Source: Candidatus Limnocylindrales bacterium (GTDB lineage Bacteria > Moduliflexota > Moduliflexia > Moduliflexales > JAUQPW01). From it: a stretch of DNA of 64,000 nt. Positions within the stretch are counted from its first letter, which is position 1. Each line of letters begins with the position of its first letter. The position numbers were made by a program, and so were the translations under genes. Below are positions 18,767 through 28,571 of the stretch, in pieces. The stretch spans positions 310,001-374,000 of the forward strand of contig DATMBG010000051.1 in assembly GCA_035559535.1 (NCBI GenBank), written 5' to 3'. The notes under the pieces were generated by a model. The model was not told where the DNA came from. It ran no database searches and saw only the letters and a list, made by a program, of their open reading frames with translations.

Positions 18767-20065
18767 TTAAAATCTTTGTAATCTAAGGGCCATATCACGA
18801 CCACTTAAAATAGCCTGCTCCATGGAAGAGTACTCCCATCGGCCATAACGGCCGATGGCATAGATATTCTGACTTTCCAGGTAAGGATGGATAAGTTTCA
18901 AGGCTTCTTGCCGGTTTCTATCGTGGATGACATAGGCACAGGGGATATCCACGATATTAGAGGCTAAAATCTCATCCTCATCCCGTAGAATTCCACATTG
19001 AATGAGCCCGGCCATGACGTCTTCCATCAATTGAGAGGCCGGTATCTTCTCTTCCGGTAGGTGCGAGACTTCAACATACATGGAACTACACCCCTTGGGA
19101 ACGGTATCAGGAGCATAATTCATGGGAAATCCAACGCGATAAAAAGGAAACTGAGGTTCAGGAAAGTAGATCCAGTGTTTGTCGGAAATCCCAGGGCGTT
19201 TAACGCCTAAATTGACATCATAAACCGACAAATACCGAAGGGTTTTACCTGCTTTTCGAATTTCTTCAGGTAAATCCCGGATAATGCGGAGGAGAGAGGG
19301 CAGGGGCATGGTAGAGACCAGGGCATCGTAGGAATAAACAGTATTATCGTCAAGGCAAATTGTCCGCTGTTGCAAGGAAATCTCTACAACTTTCTTTTTT
19401 AGATGCAGGTTTTGAATATACTTCGTAAAAGATTGGGGTAACTGACAAATTCCCCCTTGCTTGGGATAAAGGAACGAAGGATTATAACCAAAAGCGCGAT
19501 TTTTAATCCCCAGGGCTCCATTTAGAATTTCATCTAAAGTTGGCCGAGGTACGGACCAGGAAACCCAATCTGCAGTTATTTCTTTCAAGGGAGTCCGCCA
19601 GAGTTTTTGATTATAAGGAATCATGAAATGCCTGGCAATTCCGGCCCCAAAAGTTTGATATACCCAATCTTCAAAGGAGAGAGATTCGGCTGACTGGGGG
19701 CCATTTGGGAATTTCAAATAGGCTTCCACAAACCCTGCAATGCATTCTTTAATAACCTCTTTGGAGAGTCCATAGGTATTGGCCTGGAAAGGATATTCTG
19801 TGTAGGTACCTTTGGAATAAATATAGGCCCGACGGGAGTGGGAGGCAAAAGCATCGGGCAAAAGTCGGGCCACGAGGTCCTTCGTATAAGGGTCTCGCAT
19901 ATGAAGAAGGTGTCCGGTATAATCAAAGGAAAAGCCGTTGATTTCAAAGGATCTACATAATCCCCCAACCTCCGATTCTTTTTCAAAGATCTGATAGTTT
20001 TGTCCCAAATGAAAGGCGGTACTTAAACCCGCCAACCCTGCTCCGATAATAATGATTTCCCCCAT
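18767..20065 (-). CDS. FAD-dependent oxidoreductase (protoporphyrinogen oxidase/UDP-galactopyranose mutase-like)
   Basis: IIIGAGLAGL, VGGLCRS..GFSFDYTGH, GRYGRWEY. Confidence 0.88.
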   Translation of the reverse strand: MGEIIIIGAGLAGLSTAFHLGQNYQIFEKESEVGGLCRSFEINGFSFDYTGHLLHMRDPYTKDLVARLLPDAFASHSRRAYIYSKGTYTEYPFQANTYGLSKEVIKECIAGFVEAYLKFPNGPQSAESLSFEDWVYQTFGAGIARHFMIPYNQKLWRTPLKEITADWVSWSVPRPTLDEILNGALGIKNRAFGYNPSFLYPKQGGICQLPQSFTKYIQNLHLKKKVVEISLQQRTICLDDNTVYSYDALVSTMPLPSLLRIIRDLPEEIRKAGKTLRYLSVYDVNLGVKRPGISDKHWIYFPEPQFPFYRVGFPMNYAPDTVPKGCSSMYVEVSHLPEEKIPASQLMEDVMAGLIQCGILRDEDEILASNIVDIPCAYVIHDRNRQEALKLIHPYLESQNIYAIGRYGRWEYSSMEQAILSGRDMALRLQRF

Positions 20066-20090
20066 GAAGATTTAGGATGGAAGTACGGAA

Positions 20091-20200
20091 GTATGGGGGT
20101 ATGGGAGTATGGGAGTGGGGGGGTGTGGAAGTGTGGGAGTAGAAGATAGAACTTCCATACTTCCACACCCCCCCACTCCCATACTCCCATACCCCCACAC
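20091..20200. repeat. 50-bp inverted repeat built from 8-mer tandem units (GGGAGTAT-like)
   Basis: Arms 20091-20140 and 20151-20200 are reverse complements at 47/50; 10-nt loop. Confidence 0.9.
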
Positions 20201-20207
20201 TTTTCAA

Positions 20208-21380
20208 TTAATCCATCTTCACGTGACTCAACCGCCTGGCCACAACCAAAGTTAGAAGTCCCAGGATAACAAGGACAAAAGTCGGTAAAACTTCCGAAGT
20301 TTGCTGGATAAGCCACAAGGCTATGAGGCCTAAAATCACCGTAACCCCATAGCTGACCAGAACCACCTGTTTGACCGACCATCCCAGGGCACGGCAACGA
20401 AGCGCATAGTGATCTTTACTTCCTAAAAACATGGAGCGACCTTTTCGCCATCGCAAATACATCACAAAGAGGGTATCAAAAATAGGAACTCCCAGGATTA
20501 AAACAGGGGAAAGGAGGGCCAGCGAATTCTCTGAGCTATAGCTTCCAATCATGGCCAAAGCTCCTAACATCAGGCCAATGAACATACTTCCAGTATCTCC
20601 CAGGTAAATCTGAGCTGGTTGAAAGTTATATCGTAAAAATCCCAGAAGACTTCCGGCCAGTCCCATGGTTAAGGTCGCAATCATATCGGCACCGTTCAGA
20701 TAAGCCACTCCAAAGAGGATCAAAGACGCAAAAAATGCCACCCCGCTCGCAAGTCCATCCATAATATCGATGATATTGATGGCATTAATGATTCCCAGCA
20801 TCCAAAAAACAGTCAGGGTAAGTTTAAGCCAATCGGGGAAAATCCCAATTTCTATTACGATCCCGGATTTGATAAGGACGACTACCGCCAGGCACTGACC
20901 AAGAAACTTTACCTGGGGGGTCAAAGCACCCAGGTCATCGAAAAGTCCCAGAATAACAACCATAGAACCTGCTAAAATCAGTCCGAGAACTCGCTGATCG
21001 AACTGAAAGGTTAAAGATATGGTCAAGAGAAAAGCCAGATAAATAGCCATCCCACCTAAATAAGGTACCGGATGTTTCTGGACTTTGAGTCGACCGTCCG
21101 GTTTATCGACAATGTTATATCGGAGGGCGGCCTCTCTGGCCCTGGGAGTCCCGTAAAGAGATAAAAATAAAGCACAGAGAAAAGTTAAGAGATGCCCCCA
21201 CAACTCGTATTGATCGGGTAAAGTAGAAAGAATCGAATGGCCCGATAGCTGAGGGTAAATAAGTGTTATAACCGAAATAGAAAAAATCAGGATTGCATTG
21301 ATATTGAAAGGGTTCCGTTTACCCCTTGAAGCAGGGACTTTAAATCCTTGTTGTTCAATGGTTTCTTCTAAATTCTTCAC
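20208..21380 (-). CDS. MraY/WecA-family polyprenyl-phosphate hexosamine-1-phosphate transferase
   Basis: PYLGG, GLFDD, NAINIIDIMDGLA, NFQPAQIYLGDTGS; multiple TM segments. Confidence 0.92.
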   Translation of the reverse strand: MKNLEETIEQQGFKVPASRGKRNPFNINAILIFSISVITLIYPQLSGHSILSTLPDQYELWGHLLTFLCALFLSLYGTPRAREAALRYNIVDKPDGRLKVQKHPVPYLGGMAIYLAFLLTISLTFQFDQRVLGLILAGSMVVILGLFDDLGALTPQVKFLGQCLAVVVLIKSGIVIEIGIFPDWLKLTLTVFWMLGIINAINIIDIMDGLASGVAFFASLILFGVAYLNGADMIATLTMGLAGSLLGFLRYNFQPAQIYLGDTGSMFIGLMLGALAMIGSYSSENSLALLSPVLILGVPIFDTLFVMYLRWRKGRSMFLGSKDHYALRCRALGWSVKQVVLVSYGVTVILGLIALWLIQQTSEVLPTFVLVILGLLTLVVARRLSHVKMD

Positions 21381-21418
21381 GTTTAACTCCTAAGTTTCGT
21401 AGCACCCAAGGTGATGGA

Positions 21419-22141
21419 TTACTGACCGGGTTTAGCTCCTACATGCACGGCTACGATACCTCCCGTCAGGCGTCTAAATTGAACTTCTTGACAACCTGCT
21501 TGAATCATGAGATTTCCAAATTCCTCAGGAGTGTAAAACTCCAATACGGAAGCCGGAAGATAAGAATAAGCCCGGGTATCCCGGGAAAGTATGCGACCGA
21601 GAAAAGGCAAAACATATCGGAAATAGATAAGATAAAAGGCCGAAAACAACGGGAGCGAGGGTTTATAAAACTCCAGTACGATCAATCGACCTCCGGGTTT
21701 AATAACCCGCAACATTTCGATCAAACCGGTCTTACGATCTACTACATTCCGTATTCCAAAGGCAACCATAGCGGTATCAAAGGTAGAATCAGGAAAAGGG
21801 AGCTGGAGGGCGTCTCCCTGAAGGAACAGAATAGGGAGTCGGGTCTTTCTCACTTTTTCCTGGGCTAACTGAAGCATTTCGTAACAAAAATCCACCCCAA
21901 CAACTTGAACCCGGGGCGATGAAGCCAGCTCGGTTCGCACCGTCTTATGCAAAGCGATGGCCATATCTCCCGTTCCACAACAGACATCCAGAACAAGCCC
22001 TCCTTCAGGCAACCGAACTTCTCGAACCGCTTTTTTTCTCCAGTATCGATCAAAGGAAAGACTCAAGAAATGGTTTAAAAAATCATACCGCCACGCGATC
22101 CTGGCAAACATTTTTTGGATCGTTTCTGCTTCTTTTTTCAT
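21419..22141 (-). CDS. ubiE: UbiE/MenG quinone C-methyltransferase
   Basis: MF.RIA.RYDFLNH, LDVCCGTGD, GDALQLPF, FGIRNV, YSYLPAS. Confidence 0.93.
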   Translation of the reverse strand: MKKEAETIQKMFARIAWRYDFLNHFLSLSFDRYWRKKAVREVRLPEGGLVLDVCCGTGDMAIALHKTVRTELASSPRVQVVGVDFCYEMLQLAQEKVRKTRLPILFLQGDALQLPFPDSTFDTAMVAFGIRNVVDRKTGLIEMLRVIKPGGRLIVLEFYKPSLPLFSAFYLIYFRYVLPFLGRILSRDTRAYSYLPASVLEFYTPEEFGNLMIQAGCQEVQFRRLTGGIVAVHVGAKPGQ

Positions 22142-22265
22142 TTATCTGACAAACCCTTCCGACGGGTTGTGGAGCAAAATGCCGGGTAACCTGGAGCGAG
22201 TCCGCCTATGTTCTAATAATTATAAAGAAATCAGCGAATTCACTTCATCAAACGAAACGTTTAAC

Positions 22266-23426
22266 CTACTTCAAAACGTTTCCTGTCGGAACCTCTACTT
22301 CCGGGTCCACATACACGCCGGGATGGGTTATCACATTCTGCCCTACCCGAACACGATCTCCCAAGATGACCCCGAGTTTTGTTAGACCGGTATCTACCCA
22401 GGAATTTTTTACCCTGGCCCGGACAGTAGGATTTCCCGGCAGCTCACACAGGGTTCTAAATCCGGAGCCAATCTGGACTTCTTCTCCCAAAACCGAATTT
22501 GAGATCTGGCACCTAGAACCTATTTGAGTTCTATCTCCGATTAAAGAATTTTCCACCACCGTTCCAGAACCCAGAAAACAACTCTTCCCAAGGGTCACAA
22601 ATCCTTTGAGCCAGCATTCCGATTCAATCACACAATCCGAACCGACCCATGCTATTCCATCTATTTTTACCCCTTCTCCAATATGAATCCCAGACCCTCC
22701 CCACAGCTTTCCACTTCCATACTCTGTATAATCCTTTCGGGCTTCTTTCATTAAAAGCTCATTGGCCTGTAACAGACTCCAGGGATAAGCAATGGGAATC
22801 CAGTACTTTTGAACAAACCGACAAACAATGGATACCCTCTGGGCAAGTATTTTCATAGCCGAGGTTATTTCATATTCCCCTCGAGGACTTCGCTGGATCC
22901 CCTCGAGAATATCAAAAACGGCTTCATCCAGAACATATAGCCCAGTATTGGCAAATCGAGTGGGTGGATCCTGGGATTTTTCTATTATATCCTTCACAAG
23001 ACCCTGTTCTATTATAAGAACCCCGTAGTCTCTCGCGTCTTTTACTTCTTGGGCCAGGACAGCGCAGGGATATTGTAAACATCCTTGAATGTCCTCCCGA
23101 TGATAGAGATCATCTCCATTTAAAAGAACAAAACGATCCCGAATCAAACTTCGTACTTGCATTGCTGCATGTCCTGTGCCGAGTTGTTCTTCCTGGATCA
23201 CATATCGAAGTGGAAGGCCCTGGTAAGAGCTCCTGAAATAGGCCTGTATCATCTCTTTCCGATATCCAACAATAAGAATTACTTCTTCTACCAAACCCAC
23301 TAACTGCTCCAACTGATGTTCCAAAATGGGCTTATTGGCAATTTTAAGGAGGGGCTTGGGTCGGGTAAGGGTTAAGGGATAAGTTCGGGTTGATTTCCCG
23401 GCAGCCATAATAACAGCCTGTACCAT
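22266..23426 (-). CDS. Sugar-1-phosphate nucleotidyltransferase with C-terminal hexapeptide repeats (archaeal GlmU-like)
   Basis: AAGKSTRTYPLTLTRPKPLL, LGTGHA, NGDD, SPRGEYEIT, DTGLTKLGVILGD. Confidence 0.88.
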   Translation of the reverse strand: MVQAVIMAAGKSTRTYPLTLTRPKPLLKIANKPILEHQLEQLVGLVEEVILIVGYRKEMIQAYFRSSYQGLPLRYVIQEEQLGTGHAAMQVRSLIRDRFVLLNGDDLYHREDIQGCLQYPCAVLAQEVKDARDYGVLIIEQGLVKDIIEKSQDPPTRFANTGLYVLDEAVFDILEGIQRSPRGEYEITSAMKILAQRVSIVCRFVQKYWIPIAYPWSLLQANELLMKEARKDYTEYGSGKLWGGSGIHIGEGVKIDGIAWVGSDCVIESECWLKGFVTLGKSCFLGSGTVVENSLIGDRTQIGSRCQISNSVLGEEVQIGSGFRTLCELPGNPTVRARVKNSWVDTGLTKLGVILGDRVRVGQNVITHPGVYVDPEVEVPTGNVLK

Positions 23427-23727
23427 GGGTTGATAAACGGCAGTTTGTGTATTACGGAGAATTCACTTCGTAATGCACATTCCGTCTACTAAGTGCCAAT
23501 TATTGTCACCTTCCTCCTGAAACCTGGCAGGTTTTAAAGAAACCTTAACAGGGCGTCCTATCCCGGTCAATTAAAACTGTTTCAATCTATAAAGATACAG
23601 CGATTAAAAAATTCTTGCTTTCTAATCTTGACACCGACTGGTAATCCTTTTATCGTTACCCTTGAAGAGAACTTTTCTTTTCTTGTTTTCCCGACGGCGA
23701 ATCCCACACCTTTTAAAGGAGATATCT

Positions 23728-24633
23728 ATGAAATTTGGAATTACCATACCTCATTATAATCAGTTTCCCTCCAAGAAAGCCATTACCAGAGTAGCCCAAA
23801 AAGCCGAGGAATTGAACTATGATTCTATCTGGGTTACGGATCATATCGGTATTCCTAAGCCTTATATTGCCCGGTTTGGGGAAGTTTTTTATGAGCCTCT
23901 GATGGTATTGTCTTATTTAACGGCGATTACCCATCGAATTCCCTTAGGGACCAGTGTGATTATTCTTCCTTATCGAAACCCATTATTTCTGGCTAAAGCC
24001 CTGGCTACCGCCGATCAGCTTTCGGACGGAAGGATTATTTGTGGATTCGGAGTAGGCTGGTGTAAAGAAGAATTCGATGCCCTTGGAGTCCCCTTTGAAA
24101 AAAGAGGATCTCTCAGCAACGAATCCCTTCAAATTCTAAAAGAGATCTGGACCGGTGAAGATCCTAAATTTCAAGGAAAATACTTCCAATTTTCAGATAT
24201 AAAATTCCTTCCAAAACCTGTTCAAAAACCCCATCCTCCCATCTGGATTGGAGGTAAAAGTGAAGGAGCCTTGCGGCGCGCTGCAGAGTTCGGAGATGTC
24301 TGGCATCCCACTTTTATGACCCCATCCGAAGCCAAGCAGATGGTTCAGCAGTTTAGGGAAATAGCTGCAAAAAAGGGGCGGGACGCCGAAAAAATTCCCG
24401 TCGCCCTCCGGGCCCAATTGCAAATCCATCAAAAACCCGAACCCCACTCGGGTAAATATCCTTTAGTGGGACCCACCTCTCAAATCCTTGAAAACATCCA
24501 CAAGTATCGGGAGGCCGGAATCAGTTATCTGGTCCTGGATTTGTTTTATGGGGTTCCGGAATTAATCTCCGAAACCCTGGATAGTATGCTGGTAACGATG
24601 GAACAACTGGCTGAAATAAAAAACCACCTGTAG
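23728..24633 (+). CDS. LLM-class (probably F420-dependent) oxidoreductase
   Basis: SD AAGGAG before ATG 23728; SIWVTDH, LGTSVIILPYRNP, GVGWCKEEF, PKPVQKPHPPIWIGG. Confidence 0.9.
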   Translation: MKFGITIPHYNQFPSKKAITRVAQKAEELNYDSIWVTDHIGIPKPYIARFGEVFYEPLMVLSYLTAITHRIPLGTSVIILPYRNPLFLAKALATADQLSDGRIICGFGVGWCKEEFDALGVPFEKRGSLSNESLQILKEIWTGEDPKFQGKYFQFSDIKFLPKPVQKPHPPIWIGGKSEGALRRAAEFGDVWHPTFMTPSEAKQMVQQFREIAAKKGRDAEKIPVALRAQLQIHQKPEPHSGKYPLVGPTSQILENIHKYREAGISYLVLDLFYGVPELISETLDSMLVTMEQLAEIKNHL

Positions 24634-25025
24634 GATCCCTTCACCATCATAAAAATGTTGCGTAAGGACGTAGGATGATCCCTGGGATCCCTTTTAAGAG
24701 GGGACAGTCCCCAGGGATTGTCCTCAGGGTTTATGCGGTAGAAGAGCTCAAAGAAAAAGGAGAACCGAAATAATGGATTATTTGATCCACAAAGGGGGAT
24801 AGCCTGAGTTTCCCTTGAAGTAAGGACGATAAGAAGAAGATTTAAGCCTGTTGGTTAAGGTGAAGGGCCGATTCGCAGAGATGCAAGGCATCCTGTTGGC
24901 ATCGCTCCCTGTTGGGTTAGAATAGTCCCCGCACAGGTTGCCGCAAATTTCCCAGGGGCTTCAAGACCAAAGTGGTCAATGTGGTTGGTAAGCCCGGGGG
25001 ATTTTAATCATCGAACCGGCCGGTA

Positions 25026-25532
25026 TTATTCAAAGGGTTGGCCAAACCGCCCACGATGGGCTACCTCAGAAAGAGGTTTGCGGTTCTTCTTACCTTTACC
25101 AATGGCCTGCGTTGGATAGCCAAAGGGAACAATGGCCAACACGTCCAGATCATCGGGGATGTTCAGCAAGGGCTTGACGGCGTTTAATCCTAAAAAACCT
25201 ACCCAGTTCGAACCCACCCCTTCAGACCATGCCGTTAAGATCATGGATTGAATCGCCCGGCTCGCATCAGAGACCGAAAACTTCGTCCTCTCAATCGCCA
25301 CCACAATCGCTAACGGTGCCTGGGCAATGTAAGGTCCTGTTCGGGCCAACGCTCCCAGTTGGCGTAACATATTTCGATCCTCGACTACAATAAAATGCCA
25401 GGGTTGACCGTTCATACTACTCCCGGTCAGTCGCCCTGCCTCCACAATCCGCCGGACAACATCCGGTGGAATGGATTTATCCTGGTAACTCCGGACGGCT
25501 AATACCGTCCGCACCGCTTCAAAAACGTCCAT
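25026..25532 (-). CDS. Nitroreductase family protein
   Basis: AVRSY, GSSMNGQPWHFIVV, GVGSNWV, PFGYP. Confidence 0.9.
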   Translation of the reverse strand: MDVFEAVRTVLAVRSYQDKSIPPDVVRRIVEAGRLTGSSMNGQPWHFIVVEDRNMLRQLGALARTGPYIAQAPLAIVVAIERTKFSVSDASRAIQSMILTAWSEGVGSNWVGFLGLNAVKPLLNIPDDLDVLAIVPFGYPTQAIGKGKKNRKPLSEVAHRGRFGQPFE

Positions 25533-25543
25533 GGCCGACCTCC

Positions 25544-25864
25544 CTATCGTATAACGGACTTGGGGGTTGCCTCAAGTCGGGTGATTTGTATTTTTGAACG
25601 GTCGAGCATCTCGTCGACCTGAGGTTTAATTTCGTTTTTCCAAAAATCACTCTCGTAGACTTCCTTGTACAATCGCTCCCGCTCCTCCTCACTCTCAAAT
25701 CGCCGTATCCAAACGTAGAGATCCTCTTCCTGCTGACCCACAAAACTACCCACAACTACCATCCCTTTCGAGATCTGAAAGGGTATTATCTTTTCTTCCA
25801 TTAGTTTCACCCATCTTTCCCGCTGTCCGGGTTTGATGCGATATTGCCGAAGTTCAAAAAACAT
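25544..25864 (-). CDS. NIPSNAP family protein
   Basis: FFELRQYRIKPG, VWIRRFESEEER. Confidence 0.88.
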   Translation of the reverse strand: MFFELRQYRIKPGQRERWVKLMEEKIIPFQISKGMVVVGSFVGQQEEDLYVWIRRFESEEERERLYKEVYESDFWKNEIKPQVDEMLDRSKIQITRLEATPKSVIR

Positions 25865-26056
25865 AGTATTCTCCTTTCAAGTCCTATCAGAAAATATTGC
25901 TGTGCAACACGCATATCATACTCCTAATTGCCTAAAATAGCAATAAAGTGAATTGGAGAAATTCCATACAGAAGATACCCCTGAAACCTTTCAGACTCTT
26001 TGGACTGCCATGTAGAATGAGGATGAGAGGTTACTACCTTCGATCCTGCAAAATCT

Positions 26057-26968
26057 TTAACCACTCCATTTTTCTTTTAAAGCATTCAATTCCCATGATG
26101 CGGGTTTGAGGCAAATATGATCTGAGCTCGTTGCCATGATAGAGCAACCCTCACCCCGGTCTACCTCCACATGCGCCAGTCCTAAAGCATGAAATAGCTC
26201 ATGTTTTGCAATTCCTTTAACCAACAACCTCAAAGCATCCAAACGATTCTTGGGAAGCACCGGTTGAGTTCCTTCGTAAGCCTTCAACGCCCAGGTTCGC
26301 TTAACTAAGTTGGATACATCCTCTACCAGAGCATCCACCCCGGCATAACTTCCATCGTCGTAATCTTTACTGAGCGACCATACGCTCCCCTTTTGATCAT
26401 AAATAACTGTGGCACCTGCATACCGAGACATGACATAGGAAAGAAGGGTAAGATCCGCATTACGGTACTTCTTAATATAGTGAGATTCTCTAAAATACCC
26501 CAAAAAGATATCTGCTTGCTGAGTATCCCCAACCTCTATCAATCGGATAGGGACTTTTCCATCCTCAAACTCCCGGTTAATTTCTTCCAGGGTTTCGGTT
26601 AGAAACTGGTGACTGTCCACGATATACTTCTGGTCCAGGAAGTTGACCTCTTCTTTTCCCCCACCTATATAAACGGTGATGGTGGTAATTCCTTTCCACC
26701 GAGAAAGACGACCTAAAGGCATATCTGTAACATGAAGTTGAATATCTTCAAGGGTTGATAGTTGGGTTGAGGCTTTTCCAGGCTCAAACCGTTGGTTGAC
26801 CTCCTCTCCGGTTTTGGCTGAAAACCCAATGTCCTTTCCTCCTCTCAGGGAGATGGCAGGATTAGGAATATTTTTCCATTGAGAAAAGTTACCCCGGAGC
26901 AAATCAATCCCGTAAATGGGAGCAACAAACAGGATAAAGGTTAATAAAAATTTATACACATATTTCAT
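26057..26968 (-). CDS. Membrane-anchored/secreted metzincin metalloprotease (matrixin-like)
   Basis: HELFHALGLAH zinc motif plus SIM Met-turn; N-terminal hydrophobic segment. Confidence 0.82.
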   Translation of the reverse strand: MKYVYKFLLTFILFVAPIYGIDLLRGNFSQWKNIPNPAISLRGGKDIGFSAKTGEEVNQRFEPGKASTQLSTLEDIQLHVTDMPLGRLSRWKGITTITVYIGGGKEEVNFLDQKYIVDSHQFLTETLEEINREFEDGKVPIRLIEVGDTQQADIFLGYFRESHYIKKYRNADLTLLSYVMSRYAGATVIYDQKGSVWSLSKDYDDGSYAGVDALVEDVSNLVKRTWALKAYEGTQPVLPKNRLDALRLLVKGIAKHELFHALGLAHVEVDRGEGCSIMATSSDHICLKPASWELNALKEKWSG

Positions 26969-27204
26969 AACCCTATTGGAGAGGATAAAGGACCACTATA
27001 AGCCTTTATTTCTAATATCCATTTACCGCGAAAGGGCTGCCGGAAGGTCGAATTGCCCTACAGGATTGTCTCTCCATAAGGCAACGGCATAGGGCTGTTC
27101 CTACCCGTCAGGCTACACTTTATACGGAAATGGTATAAAGCCTTGGCAATTCTTAAATTCCATCACTTCTTTAAGATACGCCAAAATCCTTTTCTAACCA
27201 GTAT

Positions 27205-27670
27205 TATTTTATAAAGCTAATTCTGTATGGCTCTCCTACCCTCACCCCCGGCCCCTCTTCCCCTCCCCGTGGACGGGCAGGGAAGGGGTGGGGGTGAGGG
27301 GAGCCGGCAAATCTCCAGATCAACTCCCCAAGTACCTCCTCTCCCGAAGCTTTGGGAGAGGGGGTTAAGGACATAGGCGCCAGGATAAGAAGGTTAGCCC
27401 CGACGGGGCTACCTGGGGATAGCCCCTGGCGTGGGCCAGAGGAAACTAAACCCCAGCGGGACGACCTGTTTAACGGGATACGGCTAGGGAGTTTGAAAAA
27501 ATTCTGAATTATTGAGTCCCCCGACCTGCGGCGGGGACTACCCACGGTTCGTCCCTGACAGGGCTTCTTATCCTTATCCTGGAACCTATAAAGAAGAGGG
27601 AGTGAGGGGAAGGAGAATTGAAGAGGTTAGCCCCCTCCCTTCCCTTTCTCCTATTAACTCGGCAAGGATA
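27205..27670. mobile_element. Degenerate MITE-like element with nested palindromes (right end approximate)
   Basis: 27205-27225 matches the 61216 TIR at 17/21; internal CCCCGTGGACGGG..GGGAAGGGGTGGGGG and ATCTCCAGATCAACT shared with the 61.2-kb element. Confidence 0.6.
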
Positions 27671-27842
27671 AAGGCGGCGTAGAGTAGATCTCGCCATGAA
27701 ATCGCCGGTAGAGGAATGCTCCGGCCTGGGTCGATGATAGCCCAGAGTTTATAAGCTGTTACCCTGTCCAGCTCTGGATGGGAGAGCTGGCATTCCTGCA
27801 TGGGAGGGTCAATGCCTGTAGGATAAAATCTTTAATGTCGGG

Positions 27843-28472
27843 TTAACGGATTTTTCCACTGACCATGAGCTTTCCATCGTAGATCTCTACTTTTTCTACG
27901 ATTTGCCGGGCCGGAATACGAAGATAAACCCAATCCTCTTTAGCTCGACCCGATACCCTGCTGAAAAGCCAGGTAGAAAAGGGAACGGGGAGGTTCATGA
28001 TTCTTAAGTCGTTGAGTTTAATCCCAATTCCTTCTTCCTGCACTGCCAGAGTCCAGTCCGAAAAGCCCGGATATTGAAGAATTTTAACCCCAAAGGCATG
28101 AAGGGTATTGAAGGAATCCACGGTAATATTTCCATCGGCTAATCGAGAAGATGCCTCCCTTTGCCAGATTAAAGAGCCATTTAGAAAAACCTTCTGCCGG
28201 GATAACAGGCGATTTAGATTTTCCTCTGTAAGGCTGAAACTCACGTTTTTGTACCTGTCCCCTTGAGAATCTCCCCCTTCGATCTCCTCTTTAGCAGGGG
28301 AGTTGTCGGATTTAACCATCGAAGGGAGAGAAAGGGCTGCGGCACCTCGAAAGTGCCTGACTGTTTTGGTTAAGGCAGATTTTAAGCTATTCACCTCCTC
28401 GATGGCCGCCACGGTAAAAAGGGTCAATAAAATAATAACCAGGATGAAAAGTGTCGTAATAAGCCGATTCAT
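27843..28472 (-). CDS. Hypothetical membrane-anchored protein
   Basis: 209-aa ORF downstream of guaA with an N-terminal TM helix. Confidence 0.7.
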   Translation of the reverse strand: MNRLITTLFILVIILLTLFTVAAIEEVNSLKSALTKTVRHFRGAAALSLPSMVKSDNSPAKEEIEGGDSQGDRYKNVSFSLTEENLNRLLSRQKVFLNGSLIWQREASSRLADGNITVDSFNTLHAFGVKILQYPGFSDWTLAVQEEGIGIKLNDLRIMNLPVPFSTWLFSRVSGRAKEDWVYLRIPARQIVEKVEIYDGKLMVSGKIR

Positions 28473-28571
28473 CTGTGTAGTTTATGGATTTGATCCGGGA
28501 GAAGTAAAGGTCGCCGGAGATTATTTTGGGTAAATCTCCGACTAACCCCCTGATGACGCCCAGCTCTCACC

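Noticed and set aside
19983-20397. ORFs 19983-20207 and 20023-20397
   Set aside because: They are translations of the octamer-repeat hairpin and overlap well-supported genes
27030-27150. Possible c-di-GMP riboswitch upstream of the metalloprotease
   Set aside because: Only a GTTGCC-like end matches; the GGCAAA/GAAA tetraloop/GCAAAG core is absent. An Rfam scan would settle it
27204-27801. Pro/Gly-rich ORFs at 27.2-27.8 kb (and similar ones at 59.0-59.3 and 61.2-61.5 kb)
   Set aside because: They arise from GC-rich palindromic repeat DNA and have no SD or protein motif
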